Source of the DNA: Macrostomum lignano
Taxonomy: Eukaryota
DNA length: 64,000 bases
NCBI GenBank assembly: GCA_002269645.1
Contig: NIVC01001510.1
Span: 212,431 to 276,430 of the forward strand
Reading direction: 5' to 3'
The notes under the pieces are model-generated. The model ran no database searches, was not told the origin of the DNA, and worked only from the letters and a program-made list of their open reading frames with translations. Every line of letters starts with the position of its first letter. Positions within the stretch are counted from its first letter, which is position 1. The position numbers and the translations under genes are program-made. Below are positions 35,221 to 49,215 of this stretch, one piece after another.

Positions 35221-38200
35221 GAGAGTGTACATGCCTGACAGAATTGCCTCAGCGCTGGTTGTGAGACCTTGTTGCTGAAGGCGTTGCGCTAGGATGGTGC
35301 TCACAGCCTCCTCTGAGAATATTGATATTTATTTTTGTAGACAAAATACCTTTGAACTCACAAAGCTGGTCGCATGCAATACGCAGTGAGTCAATGAGAT
35401 AACATACTCATAATGAGTGATTTTGAGTCGGCACTACTCAGATATTATGATAAATCGTTGCCACAAAACACGCAGCCCTCCGCGTCTCAATATCGCGTTG
35501 GAAAAATAATGGTTACAGGCGCGCGCTGGTGGGGTTGGCGGCTCTGGTAAGTTACGGACGAGACAAAAAAACGAGCGGATTGAGTTTCACCAGGCCCCGG
35601 ACAGCCGGCCTGGACGGGCCCGCCCTCGGAGGATCTCGTTTCGGTTTTGTGCAAAGTTTGTGTAAGCCTTGCATGCCTACATGGCCTGTATAGTGGGGAC
35701 AATTCGCACCATAGTTGTTTAGCTGGATGGGAATAGGGATGAGAGAGTGAAACTGGATACTGTTGGGAATCTGTCTCAACATCAAAACTGCTACTTTTCT
35801 ATAATGGTAACGGGATGTCCGTCCGTCTCTATAGTCTGTTATAATTGCATTTTACTAAAGCCGCCTCGCTAATGATAGGCGCAAAATTAATTCCGTCTTC
35901 GAGTGTGAGACCGTCGGCGCGTGCCACCAGATTGGCAGCACCTGGGCCTCCTATTCGTGGTGGGACAGCTCCCCCCAAGCAGCCGTTCTCTTCCGAATTC
36001 GGACAAACATTTCAAAGTCTCAATAAGAAAATTATTAACTGAAGCGAAGGAGGCGGACCAGCTCGGCGCCAAAGTACACACTGATTCGATTCGTACGTTG
36101 CCATGACACCCAAGGCACAGGGAGTGTACATGCCTGACGATTAGAAAGTCATGGCCGCTGTGCATGTAGAGTCAGTCCTCTGCGAGCAGCTAAAAATCAG
36201 CTCTGGGACTAAAACTGAAGCTTCGATGCTGTACAATCCGCCTCATCGCAAAAGCAACCTGACTTATCCAACACGTTTTCGGTCTTGAATAAAAATCCCC
36301 ACCGTTTGAGAGTGGCCAAGTCCTCCTAACGAAGAAGTCCCTTGTCACAAGTTGGTTGGGAGTGTTTTTGCACAACTTGAGCCGCAGCTGACTCAACACG
36401 ACCCGCACTTGAGCAAGGCTTGAACGACTTTAAGTGCCGAATTTCCTATACTCGAGCCGGCATCGTGTCTCCCCTAAGACTTTCTCTCTGATTTTAACGC
36501 CAATCTAGCTTCTCCTGCTCTTCTGAGAGGTAGGTGCGGGCGGGTGGACTCAGGCAGGGGGAGGCTGAGACGATGAAGCGATGAAGGAGCTCGCGGCTGA
36601 CTGGGCCAAGCGGAGGGCTGGTGTGTGCTGATGGTGGCGCGGGCGCACCAGCACAATTGGCATAATTATCAGCGCCAACCTAATTGGAGACCTCACGCTC
36701 CGCATTCTTGCATGCGCTGGGAAGGGGGAGGGGGCTCGGCCTGGCACACTCGGACTCGGCGGGGCTCCTGACTTTCCGGACTGGCGCTGAGCAGGAGGTG
36801 TTTGTGTGCGCGAGTTGTTGGCACACGGCTTGGCGCAGAGTTGGAGACTCCTGCAGACTCAACAGCCCTCGGTGCGTGCCTGGGCCCCTAAATAAGTCCC
36901 CCAGTTTATCCCATCCTCACACTTCCCAATTTGATTCCCCTCTCTTAGCCCCATCGACTCCGGCCGGGCCTCAACGCGTTTTCAAGCTGCTGGCTTAATG
37001 AGGCACCCCAGGTGGGCGCCCGGCTCACCGGGCTCGAACTCGAATGTCGAATTAGACCGAATGTTTGTTAAACACACGGCCGAACGGCGAGGCCTCTCGA
37101 GTCTGGCTTTGCTTAATCCATCTCGAAGGGGGTCGCGAACAGGGAGACGCTTCGCCCCAGTCTGCAACTTTAACAACTCCCGCTGTTAGTGGGCACCCGA
37201 ATGCCGCAGCATGAGCTCATTAGAGGGCGGGTGGAGATTTGCTGAGCAAAGTGTCAGCTGACTCTGCATTTATGATCGGTCAGTTTGCGACCAGCCGCTT
37301 CCGTGCATAATTTTTGTTGTTGAAATTTCGCTTTTTAGTGGCCGTCAGGGCGGTCTAGCTGTCCCTGGAATTTTCAATTTCTCTTACCTCCCGCCAGCAT
37401 GGCCCGAATCGAAATGCAAATGCAGGGTGGAGGGGGGTCCCGTTGCAAGCTATCCGTCTTTATCTGCTCTCTTAATCAGCAGCCGGGGGCGGGCCTCATT
37501 AAATGCTGTCTAACAATAATGTAAAACCGATCCCCACAACTTTGCAGATTTCCAGGGACTCCCGGAATTCTTGGATTGGAAACTAGCCGGGGAAGAGGCT
37601 CAATCATTTCATGCTCATATATCCTCGTCCTTAGGCTCAACTCCGCAATGACAAACTAGCACTAAAATCTTGCCTGCCCCTGTTGCAATGTAGAATTTAT
37701 TAATATTAGAACACATTCATTTTTACTTCACTTCGGAGCTTCACTTCCAAACATTATGGCCAAACTTTACAATGTAGCGCGGCGTGATAGATTAAAATTT
37801 TGAAGCTTAAAAATCTGGCCCCAGTCCATAGGCGTAGTTTCAGGGGTCCGTACACCCCGGTAAGTGACTCTCCAACGCTCAATTTGCACTGCATCCATAG
37901 GCTAACCGCGAGGTTCTTTATAATGACGGCATTGCGGCTCGGCAGGAGCGGGCGGCATTAATACGCGCCAGCTAACATCAGGCTTAGGCTGTTATTGATG
38001 GGCGTCACTCAGCTGGCGTGTTGTTGCAGGCGGACCGCCCTGCCCAGCTTAAAGAGTCTGCGCAGAGCCCGTGTTTTCGCTCCCATGGCCTGATACTTAT
38101 CAGCTTACAGTCTGCGGGATCAGCAGGTGGGGAGGGCTTGCAGCGAAACGAGCCGCAGTCCCGGGAGGCCTTGTATCCATGCGGAGCCGAGCGAGCTGGC

Positions 38201-39421
38201 TGTCGGGCAAGTAGTTTGAAGCGTTGCATTGCCGAGTTTACACCAATTTGTAAAACAAACCTGCCTCTCTATACGCGGAGCGATTGGGAAGAAATCCCAG
38301 GCTATACAACTATATTGGGAGTTAAAAATAACAGGCCTCTTGGGAGCGAGCGGATTATCCCGTTTTGAATGCTTCGCGCACCCGAAGGCTGCTGGCCGTC
38401 TCAGCTCCGCCATTTTCTTTTCCTGTGTAAACATCGGGGGGTAACCGGGGCCGCTTTCACTAGCACCTCGCGCTCCAGATTTTTGACAACTTCTAGCCCA
38501 CACTGATCTGTATCGCTGTCTAAGGAAAATATTGGCTGTCATCCTGCGTCAAGCTGAATAAGGTTCCGGCTTGATAGCATTTGACCGCGAACCTGCAATT
38601 TGTCTTCCAACTGTGCCTCCATTTGTCTGCTCTGTGGTCCGTGCACGGCAATCCAGCGGGGATATCCTGTCTTAATACAACCTTTTTAGCTGTCTCTTAA
38701 AAGTTGGATAATATAGATCCTGAAAGTGTTTTATCCTGTGTTAATTTCTGAAGTAGAAGTTAAATTATTAATGCGACTTTTGGATACTTATAAAACATTT
38801 TTGTTAATAGTTAGGAAACTACAGGTCATAGATTTTTGGCTTATACGCAACATATCGGTAGACACAGTCTTGGGTAATCCTGTTTAATTCGATTAGCTCT
38901 CCTTTCTTCTCATACCTTCGCTCGTTAGACAATATTTGGCTAGGAGGTGCCGCAGAGGAGAATCTAAACATACCTGACACCATATACACCATATACCGCG
39001 GAGAGGCACAATGGCCCTGCTTAGAGAGGATTAGCAACACCCGGCCTGCATGCTTTTTTGTTAATTGGAATTTGGATGCGGCGGGAAATTAATTGGCGTC
39101 CAATTTGGAGTGTCTATCAGTCTGTTGCGCCCTTTTTTGTATCGACTGGCTCTGCTTTTTCCTTCGCCCTTTTTATCTTTCGCCTGAATTCCTGGGCGAT
39201 TATTTTCTTTCATTCATTGTTCACCCCTCGGCTCGGCCCTTTGCCAACAAAGCAGCGGGAGGGCGCACGGTTGTTTGATCGGGGCAAACATTTGTGCAGT
39301 GTCGGGGGCTGCAAGTGTCTAACAATGGCGCGAATTTATCAATTTGTGCCTAATCTTTTATTACATATTATTTAAGGTTGCTGTCAGCTTTGAAATTCTG
39401 CGGTTCCCGTCTGTGATGCCT

Positions 39422-40903
39422 TGTAGCTGAGCTAGGGGCGCCACTCTGGGTGTACTGTAGCTGAGCTAGGGGCGCCACTCTGGGTGTACTGTAGCTGAGC
39501 TAGGGGCGCCACTCTGGGTGTACTGTAGCTGAGCTAGGGGCGCCACTCTGGGTGTACTGTAGCTGAGCTATGGGGCGCCACTCTGGGTGTACTGTAGCTG
39601 AGCTATGGGGCGCCACTCTGGGTGTACTGTAGCTGAGCTATGGGCCCCATTCTGGGTGCACTGTAGCTGAGCTATGGGCCCCATTCTGGGTGTACTGTAG
39701 CTGAGCTATGGGGCGCCACTCTGGGTGTACTGTAGCTGAGCTATGGGGCGCCACTCTGGGTGTACTGTAGCTGAGCTATGGGGCGCCACTCTGGGTGTAC
39801 TGTAGCTGAGCTAGAGGCGCCACTCTGGGTGTACTGTAGCTGAGCTATGGGCCCCATTCTGGGTGCACTGTAGCTGAGCTATGGGCCCCATTCTGGGTGT
39901 ACTGTAGCTGAGCTATGGGCGCCATTCTGGGTGTACTGTAGCTGAGCTAGGGGCGCCACTCTGGGTGTACTGTAGCTGAGCTATGGGGCGCCACTCTGGG
40001 TGTACTGTAGCTGAGCTAGGGGCGCCACTCTGGGTGTACTGTAGCTGAGCTAGGGGCGCCACTCTGGGTGTACTGTAGCTGAGCTAGGGGCGCCACTCTG
40101 GGTGTACTGTAGCTGAGCTATGGGGCGCCACTCTGGGTGTACTGTAGCTGAGCTATGGGGCGCCACTCTGGGTGTACTGTAGCTGAGCTATGGGCCCCAT
40201 TCTGGGTGCACTGTAGCTGAGCTATGGGCCCCATTCTGGGTGTACTGTAGCTGAGCTATGGGGCGCCACTCTGGGTGTACTGTAGCTGAGCTATGGGGCG
40301 CCACTCTGGGTGTACTGTAGCTGAGCTAGAGGCGCCACTCTGGGTGTACTGTAGCTGAGCTATGGGCCCCATTCTGGGTGCACTGTAGCTGAGCTATGGG
40401 CCCCATTCTGGGTGTACTGTAGCTGAGCTATGGGGCGCCACTCTGGGTGTACTGTAGCTGAGCTATGGGGCGCCACTCTGGGTGTACTGTAGCTGAGCTA
40501 GAGGCGCCACTCTGGGTGTACTGTAGCTGAGCTATGGGCCCCATTCTGGGTGCACTGTAGCTGAGCTATGGGCCCCATTCTGGGTGTACTGTAGCTGAGC
40601 TATGGGCGCCATTCTGGGTGTACTGTAGCTGAGCTAGGGGCGCCACTCTGGGTGTACTGTAGCTGAGCTATGGGGCGCCACTCTGGGTGTACTGTAGCTG
40701 AGCTATGGGCCCCACTCTGGGTGCACTGTAGCTGAGCTATGGGCCCCATTCTGGGTGTACTGTAGCTGAGCTATGGGCGCCATTCTGGGTGTACTGTAGC
40801 TGAGCTAGGGGCGCCATTCTGGGTGTACTGTAGCTGAGCTATGGGCCCCATTCTGGGTGTACTGTAGCTGAGCTATGGGCCCTATTCTGGGTGTACTGTA
40901 TAG
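39422..40903. repeat. 34/35-bp minisatellite (TGTAGCTGAGCTAGGGGCGCCACTCTGGGTGTAC), about 43 copies
   Basis: Period 34 at 39422/39456. Variant pairs (TATGGGCCCCATT) recur. Confidence 0.96.
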
Positions 40904-42805
40904 CTGATATAATTGCAGTACATCATTCGCCGTCATATTCATGTGAAACAGGGTGTCTCGTGTTTCGATAGAGGTGATAGCAGAAATATTTGTTAGCAAT
41001 CTGTAAGCGCCACCATTGTTGCCAAGGCCCTATTCGAGCTAGAACTGTTATTGATTGTTGAGTCATTCGTCGATACTAGAAATGCTAAATTTCCAACTAA
41101 AGTAATAATTTAGCGATCTCTAATGAGGGCTCGATATAATAAAGCGGAGTTCAGTGGCTACACAGACAGATCGAATGTTTAGCCAGAAGTGTTAATTGCA
41201 CACTCGAGAACTTGACAATAGCATAATAATACTCTCGCTTCTGTACTAAAGCTATATGTAAACCCGGCTTACACTGTGATGCGTTTGACATTTGCCGCAG
41301 ATGAAATCAACACCCCCTCTCATGGGCTGCTTGCATATACGGATAGAGGTTTATAAATAGCGGCAGAACGTGCCTATATAACTGGCAATGCCGTAATTCT
41401 GGTTGCTGAGCAGTTCTCCTCCCCATGCCTGCGGGGGCGATGGAGACACCAGCAACCCGAGCTCGGGCATTTATATATCATTTTCGCATTAACAGCTCCC
41501 CAATGTATTTTGTTTTGTCTAATGGACTGTGAGGCCAGGCAGCTGTGGTGTTGGCACCCATATGAGGTGGCAAATTCCCTGGGAGCTCATCTGCGTTCTC
41601 ACTTCCCCCTTTTTTGAGTCGCCCGACTCAAGAGGATGGAAGGGATTCTTTTCGTTAAAAAAACTGTACATATTTTTAATTGGATAATTTGGTCCGCGAA
41701 TTCGAATGTTCTGATTGATTTGAGACAGAAAATTCTAAAAATTGTGATTTATACCGGAATCTAAAGAATATCGAAGTAATAAAATGGATTTTGCATCCCT
41801 TAGGACGTTTATAGTATAAATACCAATATGCATAGTTTATCACGGGGGTTGGGTAAATTTTTTACCCCAAGGCCTGATGAAGAATCCAGCTCATGGCTGC
41901 GGGCCAGATGAGAGAGGAGAGGGAATGGAGGAGAGAGACGAAGGAGAGAGATGATAGATTAGAGAAGAGAGGAGAAGGGAGAGAGCTAAGATGCGGAAGG
42001 AAATGAGAGATAGGAGATAGAGGGTTTCAAATCTCCGAAAGTTCATATCAGGTTAACAGCCTCTTTGATTTCTGTTGCTAAGGTTGTCGGATGCTCTCGG
42101 CAAAGAGGAGAGTAGAGAGCTGAGTATGAAGTGTCGGAGATATGATGTGTCGAAGATATGAAATTTTGGAGATATGAAAGCGCCCCGAAGAGATGAGAGG
42201 GGAGAGGAGGGGAGAGAGGAGAGAACCGAGAAGAGGCACAGACCCCGAACGGCCGGATTGCTATGTTGATGTTTCAAAGGACCCGAGGACCGGGTAGAGA
42301 GGCTTCGAAGGCCGGAGTTTTCCGACTCCTGGTTTTTCAGCTTAGTAAAAAAAGAATGAAAGCGTATTAAACATGTGGATTTCAATTTCTTATCATTTTT
42401 CTTTTTAGTCTTAGAGATCCTGGAGGTCAGACGGTTGGGTTGGTTTTAAAAAATGGAATTGTGAAAGCTTTTTAATAGCTCACTGGTCACTAAAGAGTTA
42501 AATTGATCAATGAATTAAGAAGCATTGGGAAAGTAGGCAACGGTAAATGTTTTTCGTCTAAGAGATTTCAAAGAGAAAAGTTCAGAAACGAGTGAAGCAG
42601 TGAGCTTCTCGGCTAACAAGTAGCAATGCTTGATCCAACAACAAGAGTTGACTCACCGCCAACAAAATTGCTGTTTATCTGCTCTCAAGAATCTTTTTTT
42701 CATTGATTTCTCCTGCACTCGAGACTGGCGCGGCCTGCCCAACCCCCTCCCACAGCCTCTGGCTCCATCATCACCCAACTGGCCCTGATGAAGCCGCCCA
42801 GCCTC

Positions 42806-42875
42806 ATTGGCGCGCCTCTCCGATTGGCCCTCGCCAGCTAAAGGTGGGCGGGGTGGGGCGGCGCAGGGGGCGGGC
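42806..42875 (+). promoter_or_regulatory. Putative FoxG proximal promoter: two inverted CCAAT boxes and three GC boxes
   Basis: ATTGG at 42806 and 42823; GGGCGG cores at about 42846, 42856 and 42868; 120-190 bp upstream of the ATG. Confidence 0.5.
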
Positions 42876-42997
42876 ATTTCAGACTAAAAAGGCGCCCAAA
42901 TTCCCAGCCCAGGTGACACTTCACTCCGATTCACCTGGAAAATTCCTTCTTCCCATAGGAGGTAAGCGCAATCTTCCCCGATCCCAGTCACAGAACC

Positions 42998-44392
42998 ATG
43001 GCGATGCGCAGCCCGCAGCAGCAGCAGCTGAGCCGCTTTGTCAGCAGCTTCTCCATCCGCAACATGCTCGGCGTTGACAGCGGCGCCAGCAGTGGCGACG
43101 ACGGCGGCTGCAGTGACAGCGACGGCGGCCTGCCGCCCTTGCCGACGCCGCCGCAGCTTCCAGCGCCAGCGCGGGTTGAGTCGGCAGTCAAGAGGCGCAA
43201 CAGTCGGCGTCGCCAGCGCCATCTCCGGCGCCGGGCGCCGCAAGAAGACAACGACGACGACGATTTGGTCGCCGCTTCGAAGCTGCCACGCCGACGAACC
43301 GCTGAGGAATCCGGCGACAACACAGCGACTGAAGAAGCCGCCGCAGAAGACGAAGAGGAAGAAGAGGAGGCCGCCGAGGCCACCGACGAGGAGCGACTGC
43401 TCAAAGACGTCGGTGGCTCGGAGAAGCCGGACGAGTCCACCGCCGGCGTTGGAAAATCGTCGGACGGCGAGGCCGGCAAAGACGGGCCGCGCGGCCACGA
43501 GAAGCCGCCCTTCAGCTACAATGCGCTCATCATGATGGCCATCCGGAGCAGCGCCGAGAAGAAGCTCACCCTCAACGGCATCTACGAGTTCATCGTGAGA
43601 AACTTCCCCTACTACAGGGAGAACAAGCAGGGCTGGCAGAACTCCATCCGGCACAACCTGTCCCTCAACAAGTGCTTCGTCAAGGTTCCGAGGAGCTACG
43701 ACGACCCTGGCAAGGGCAACTACTGGATGCTTGACCCGTCCTGCGACGATGTGTACATCGGCGGCACCACCGGCAAGCTGCGCCGGCGGACCACTTCGCT
43801 GCAGCGGTCGCGCCTTTTCGGCCTGCGCTGCGGCCTCCTTCCGCCTGGCGGAGGCGGCGGCGGCGGCGGCGGTGGAAGCGGCGGAGGCGGCGGCGGAATG
43901 GGCGTCGGTCCTGGCGGAGTTGTCGGCGGCGTCGGCGGCCACCCGGAATGGCCGGGGCTGCCGCGCCTGCCGTACCCGCCGCCGCATCCGCTCGGCTTTG
44001 CCGCTGCCGCTGCCGCTGCTGCCGCTGCCGGCTATCTGCCGCCTGGTGCCTACCACCAGCCTCACCACGGGCCGCCGCCGCCTCCGCCGCCTCCGCCAGC
44101 ATCGTCGATGCTCCACGGGCCTGGCGGGCACCCGCTGCACCACGGCAGCCCGCTGGACTTGGCCTGCCGCCGAGCCGCTGCAGCTGCTCAGTCGCAGTCG
44201 CCGCAGCAGCAGCCCTCGCCGTCGTCGACCTCGTCGAGCGGCGTTCCAACAGCTGCGACATCGTCGAATTCGGCGGCAGTGGCTGCGGCTGCGGCGGCGG
44301 CAGCAGCGGCACAGGCCGGAGGCTGGGCGCCTTTCCTCCGGGTTCCGCTGTACCCACCGTGCATGTTGCCGCAGCTGCCCAGCCAGAGATGA
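42998..44392 (+). CDS. FoxG: Forkhead box G transcription factor (FoxG/BF-1/sloppy-paired class), intronless, 464 aa
   Basis: N-terminal eh1 motif FSIRNML. Forkhead domain [96 protein letters not shown], whose [10 protein letters not shown] tail is FoxG-diagnostic. Confidence 0.98.
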   Translation: MAMRSPQQQQLSRFVSSFSIRNMLGVDSGASSGDDGGCSDSDGGLPPLPTPPQLPAPARVESAVKRRNSRRRQRHLRRRAPQEDNDDDDLVAASKLPRRRTAEESGDNTATEEAAAEDEEEEEEAAEATDEERLLKDVGGSEKPDESTAGVGKSSDGEAGKDGPRGHEKPPFSYNALIMMAIRSSAEKKLTLNGIYEFIVRNFPYYRENKQGWQNSIRHNLSLNKCFVKVPRSYDDPGKGNYWMLDPSCDDVYIGGTTGKLRRRTTSLQRSRLFGLRCGLLPPGGGGGGGGGGSGGGGGGMGVGPGGVVGGVGGHPEWPGLPRLPYPPPHPLGFAAAAAAAAAAGYLPPGAYHQPHHGPPPPPPPPPASSMLHGPGGHPLHHGSPLDLACRRAAAAAQSQSPQQQPSPSSTSSSGVPTAATSSNSAAVAAAAAAAAAAQAGGWAPFLRVPLYPPCMLPQLPSQR

Positions 44393-45466
44393 GGCTTCCA
44401 GCCTCCCCTGTTTCCAGCGCGGCTGCGAACTTCAGAGCGGAACAATTGTGCACACAAAGTGAACTGTTTTAAACTTCTAAACAGCGAACATTTTCCACAA
44501 GTTTTGCTTATTCTCGCATCTTTAAGTGCCCTCGAAGCAGATAGCGTTCAGTCTCTTGGTCCCGCACTGTTTGAATAATATAATCTGCATATTAATTTTC
44601 AATTTTCTGTGTCTGTAGTCACAGCCTCCAGATTTCTAGTCGTATTCATTGTGTTCCACTCGCCTGATCTCGTGATGGCCCCGCGCAGTTATAAAGGCCT
44701 TCAGGTTCATAAAGATTTTTTTGTTTTAATTTATTCTGTCTTTTAGCAACTTTCCCATATAGGTTAAGTTAACCCCAGCAGCTTTTAGCGGCGCAGGAGG
44801 GGAGAATTCTCCTCTCCTATGTTGGCTCACCTGAAGTGCGCAGAGGGAACACAGCCAGCCTAGTTGTGTCCCACATTGATCCCAAAGAATATGCTGCCTA
44901 TGACCACATATATAGTCTAAATTTTCGAAACTCGAACATCTTCGGCATGGCAACTTCACAGAGTGTGGCTTAAACAAAGAAAAACATTTGCAATTTTCAC
45001 CTGCTGCAACGGCAATTGCGAAGACTGAAAAAGATTCGCAAATTTTTGTTGTTGCTGTTGTTTAAAAGTGGCTGCTGTGAAACCATCCGCTGGCTGGTCC
45101 TGTCATCAGGCGTGTTTTTACAGGGTCGACTTTCAGACCAAACCCTGTCAAGACTTTCCTTCAAAATTGTCGCCCCCGTTATGTCCGTGTTGTCAGTCCA
45201 AATAACTGGTTCCCTCCGCTTGAAATTTGCATGTTTTACCCGAGCACTTTATGAACTGCAGATTCTTGTTGCATCTGTAAATTAATTATAACCTCGATAT
45301 TAATGTTAACAATAAATATAACTGTTTCTTCAGCTAACTCGTTGGCTATCATGTCGTTGAAAAGCTAATTCACACCTTGGCAGCCTATGTATACTGCACT
45401 ACTTCTGTTCAGTGGCATACATTACGTATTGAGGAAGCTGAGGAGGTCCTGTCACCTGTGTTTTCC

Positions 45467-45965
45467 AATCCCCAACCTTCACAATCCCCAAACTTCACAA
45501 TTCCCAACCCTCACAATCCCCAAACTTCACGATTCCCAACCCTCACAATCCCCAAACTTCAAAATCCCCAAACTTCACAATTCTTAACCTTCACAATCCC
45601 CAAACTTCTCAATTCAAAAACCTTTACAATCCCCAACCTTCACAATCCCAACCTTCACAATCCCAACCTTCACAATCCCCAACCTTCACAATCCCAACCT
45701 TCACAACCCCCAAACGTCACAATCCCCAACCTTCACAATCCCCAAACTTCACAAACCACAAACTTCACAAACCCCAACCTTCACAATCCCCAACCTTCAC
45801 AACCCCCAAACGTCACAATCCCCAACCTTCACAATCCCCAAACTTCACAAACCACAAACTTCACAAACCCCAAACTTCACAGTCCTCAACCGTTACAATC
45901 CCCGAACTTCACAATCCCCAAATTTCACAATATCAAAACTTCACAATATCTAAGCTTCACAGTTC
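45467..45965. repeat. 15/16-bp satellite (CACAATCCCCAAACTT / CACAATCCCAACCTT)
   Basis: Same family as 19963-21557. Confidence 0.93.
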
Positions 45966-46480
45966 CCTAAATTCCAAACGTCAAGCCTGAGAGTGATGTT
46001 TGCGGACTGCGAGTTGTGGAGACAGATGAAGTACCCCGCCATTATGATAGGCATCGGTTGAAGCGGAGCAGGCCGCCAAAGCATGGAACAAGGCCAACAT
46101 ATACGCGTGTACCTGGCCTAATGAGGACCACTAGGCAAGGAGGGCATAGCATAATGAGAGATCATTGTCAATATTGGAAATCAGCGGGACATTAGTTGAA
46201 GCTGCGTATTTTGGACTGACTGACTGACTGACCATGCGATGCGATGCAAAGATCCCATGGGAAAATAATACACATTGATTGCCATGTGGTCCAGTCGCAG
46301 CCAGCTCCATAGAGTTTCGGTGACCCCCTTAAACAGTGGGAGGCCGGGCCGGCCCTCCTGCTGAATCGCAGCGCCCGAATCGACTTTTGTCTGCCTTCCG
46401 TCACTTCCTTCCGCATTGCGGTGTCTTGCCGTGCGGCTTTCGGTTGCCGGACTGCTTTGGACAACTTTCCTTGGGGTCAG

Positions 46481-47341
46481 GGGCGCCAATGCTGGAGTCG
46501 GGGGCGCCAATGCTGGGGTCAGGGGCGCCAATGCTGGATTCAGGGGCGCGAATGCTGGAGTCAGGGGCGCCAATGCTGGAGTCAGGGGCGCGAATGCTGA
46601 AGTCAGGAGGTGCCGATGCTGGAGTCAGGGGGTGCGCCAATGCTGAGGTCACGGGGCGCTGATGCTGGGGTACGGGGGTTCACCAATGCTGGAGGAGTCA
46701 GGGGGCGCCGATGCTGGGGTCAGGGGGCGCTGATGCTGGGGTCAGGGGGCGCTGATGCTGGGGTCAGGGGCGCCAATGCTGGAGTCAGGGGCGCCAATGC
46801 TGGAGTCAGGGGCGACAATGCTGGAGTCAGGAGGTGCCGATGCTGGAGTCAGAGGGCGCCGATGCTGGAGTCAGGGGCGACAATGCTGGAGTCAGGAGGT
46901 GCCGATGCTGGAGTCAGAGGGCGCCAATGCTGGGGTCAGGGGCGCCAATGCTGGATTCAGGGGCGCGAATGCTGGAGTCAGGGGCGCCAATGCTGGAGTC
47001 AGGGGGTGCGCCAATGCTGGGGTCACGGGGCGCTGATGCTGGGGTACGGGGGTTCACCAATGCTGGAGTCAGGGGGCGCCGATGCTGGGGTCAGGGGGCG
47101 CTGATGCTGGGGTCAGGGGGCGCTGATGCTGGGGTCAGGGGCGCCAATGCTGGAGTCAGGGGCGCCAATGCTGGAGTCAGGGGCGACAATGCTGGAGTCA
47201 GGAGGTGCCGATGCTGGAGTCAGAGGGCGCCGATGCTGGAGTCAGGGGCGACAATGCTGGAGTCAGGAGGTGCCGATGCTGGAGTCAGAGGGCGCCGATG
47301 CTGGGGTCAGGGGGTGCGCCAATGCTGGAGTCAGGGGCGCC
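46481..47341. repeat. About 21-bp GC-rich satellite (GGGGCGCCAATGCTGGAGTCA) with an internal duplication of about 371-374 bp
   Basis: The block GGTGCGCCAATGCTG...GGTACGGGGGTTCACC occurs at 46631 and 47005. Confidence 0.93.
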
Positions 47342-48105
47342 ATGTATTGAGAAGCACAAAGTACAAACACCCGCTTAGCAACCTTGAACGCATTTGACTC
47401 TTACAGCCACAAATGAAATTAAGTTGAGGCAAATTTAATTTCATAGAATTTGGAACATTACAGACAGACAGGCTGCCTGCACACAGCTACAGGGCCGAAA
47501 TAACTCTCCTAACACAATGCGGAGAAGCATTGGCTCCCATTATTCACGGCCCAACTGAGCTCAGAACGGGAGCTATTGAAATGTATAGCCTATGAGTTTT
47601 AATTTAGACGGACCCCCCGCTAATCAGGGGGAACAGTGGGGGACATGGAGATCGAAATTAGGGAACCGAGGGAGGGAAAAGCTGCATAGAAGAAAAACAG
47701 CTCCGAAAGAAGAAGCAAGAATGGAAGAAGAAAAGAAGTGAAAAAGCTGTCGGCAGGGGCCCTTAATGCTCTTAATTGTTGTGCGTTCGCCTGTTTATTT
47801 GTATACAGGTAAGGCAGTTCCCCTTGCTCACAGGCACAGAAGGCTTGTTTGTTGTTTGGCAAAAACTTCTCAACATTGAATAAGTTTCCACTCGAGGGAA
47901 TCCCGAAGTTTTTCAATCATGCGCTGTGAAAATTTCTATTATGATTCGGGTTTTTTCTGCCCGGACTGTGTGGGCAGCCCAGCCAGACAGACAGGCTTAT
48001 TAGGCTAAGCAAAAGGTGACAAATAAGCTGCTTTTAGTTTTATAATTTCTTCAAAAAGCAGCCAGAAGTGGTCCTCTCAGGGTCTTTCCAGCTCGCCAGC
48101 TGTAA

Positions 48106-48651
48106 AGATATTGGCTGTAGGGATATTGGCTGTATTGGCTGTAGGGATATTGGCTGAAGGGATATTGGCTGTATTGGCTGTAGGGATATTGGCTGAAGGG
48201 ATATTGGCTGTATTGGCTGTAGGGATATTGGCTGAAGGGATATTGGCTGTATTGGCTGTAGGGATATTGGCTGAAGGGATATTGGCTGTATTGGCTGTAG
48301 GGATATTGGCTGAAGGGATATTGGCTGTATTGGCTGTAGGGATATTGGCTGTATTGGCTGTAGGGATATTGGCTGAAGGGATATTGGCTGTATTGGCTGT
48401 AGGGATATTGGCTGTAGGGATATTGGCTGTAGGGATATTGGCTGTATTGGCTGTAGGGATATTGGCTGTATTGGCTGTAGGGATATTGGCTGTAGGGATA
48501 TTGGCTGTAGGGATATTGGCTGTATTGGCTGTAGGGATATTGGCTGTAGGGATATTGGCTGTAGGGATATTGGCTGTATTGGCTGTAGGGATATTGGCTG
48601 TATTGGCTGTAGGGATATTGGCTGTATTGGCTCTAGAGATATTGGCTGTAG
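48106..48651. repeat. Compound 9+15-bp repeat (TATTGGCTG / TAGGGATATTGGCTG)
   Basis: Read directly from the sequence. Confidence 0.95.
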
Positions 48652-49215
48652 GGAAATTAAAGAGACAGCAAAAATCTTAGAACGATAACAATAGTTGACA
48701 TTTAGTGTGGCATGCTTACAGAATCGTGTATAAACTATACATTTTGTAACAAAAATGTTAATCAATATACTTATGGGACTTGGAATTTGATGGATCGATT
48801 CTGCTTGTGCCTACCCAATGCGCAGGCAGCATTTTAGGCTATTTGGGGGGTCTTTGTTATAGTTTGCTAGCGCATTCTCGATGCTGCCACAATAGACTGA
48901 TGAACGGCAAACATTCCGCAGGAGATGCCTGTTTACTCTGCGGGCGACACCTTGGACTTCGATGCTCTGTCTATTAGACTTGGCCTGATGCGACTGCAGT
49001 TGATCTTCCACTTGACTCTAAATAAATTTTGCAAGACTCTATGAGCTTATGCTGACAAATAACTATAGATATAGTCTTTGTTGATAGGACAACAAAGACT
49101 GCGGGGAGTCTGGCGTCCGGCGCAGCTCTGACAATCACTGTTTAAATTTCTTCCATTGTCCAGCCAAAATAGCCAATGCATACACACCTAGTTCCATCCT
49201 GTGGTTTGCGCCCAT

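Noticed and set aside
35223-36138. Identical 17-mer GAGTGTACATGCCTGAC at 35223 and 36122
   Set aside because: A real match, but I saw no element structure between or around the copies. Too little to interpret.
42884-44472. Long overlapping ORFs around FoxG (419 aa and 257 aa minus; 243, 174 and 165 aa plus)
   Set aside because: These are shadow frames of a GC-rich, low-complexity coding sequence with no recognisable domains.
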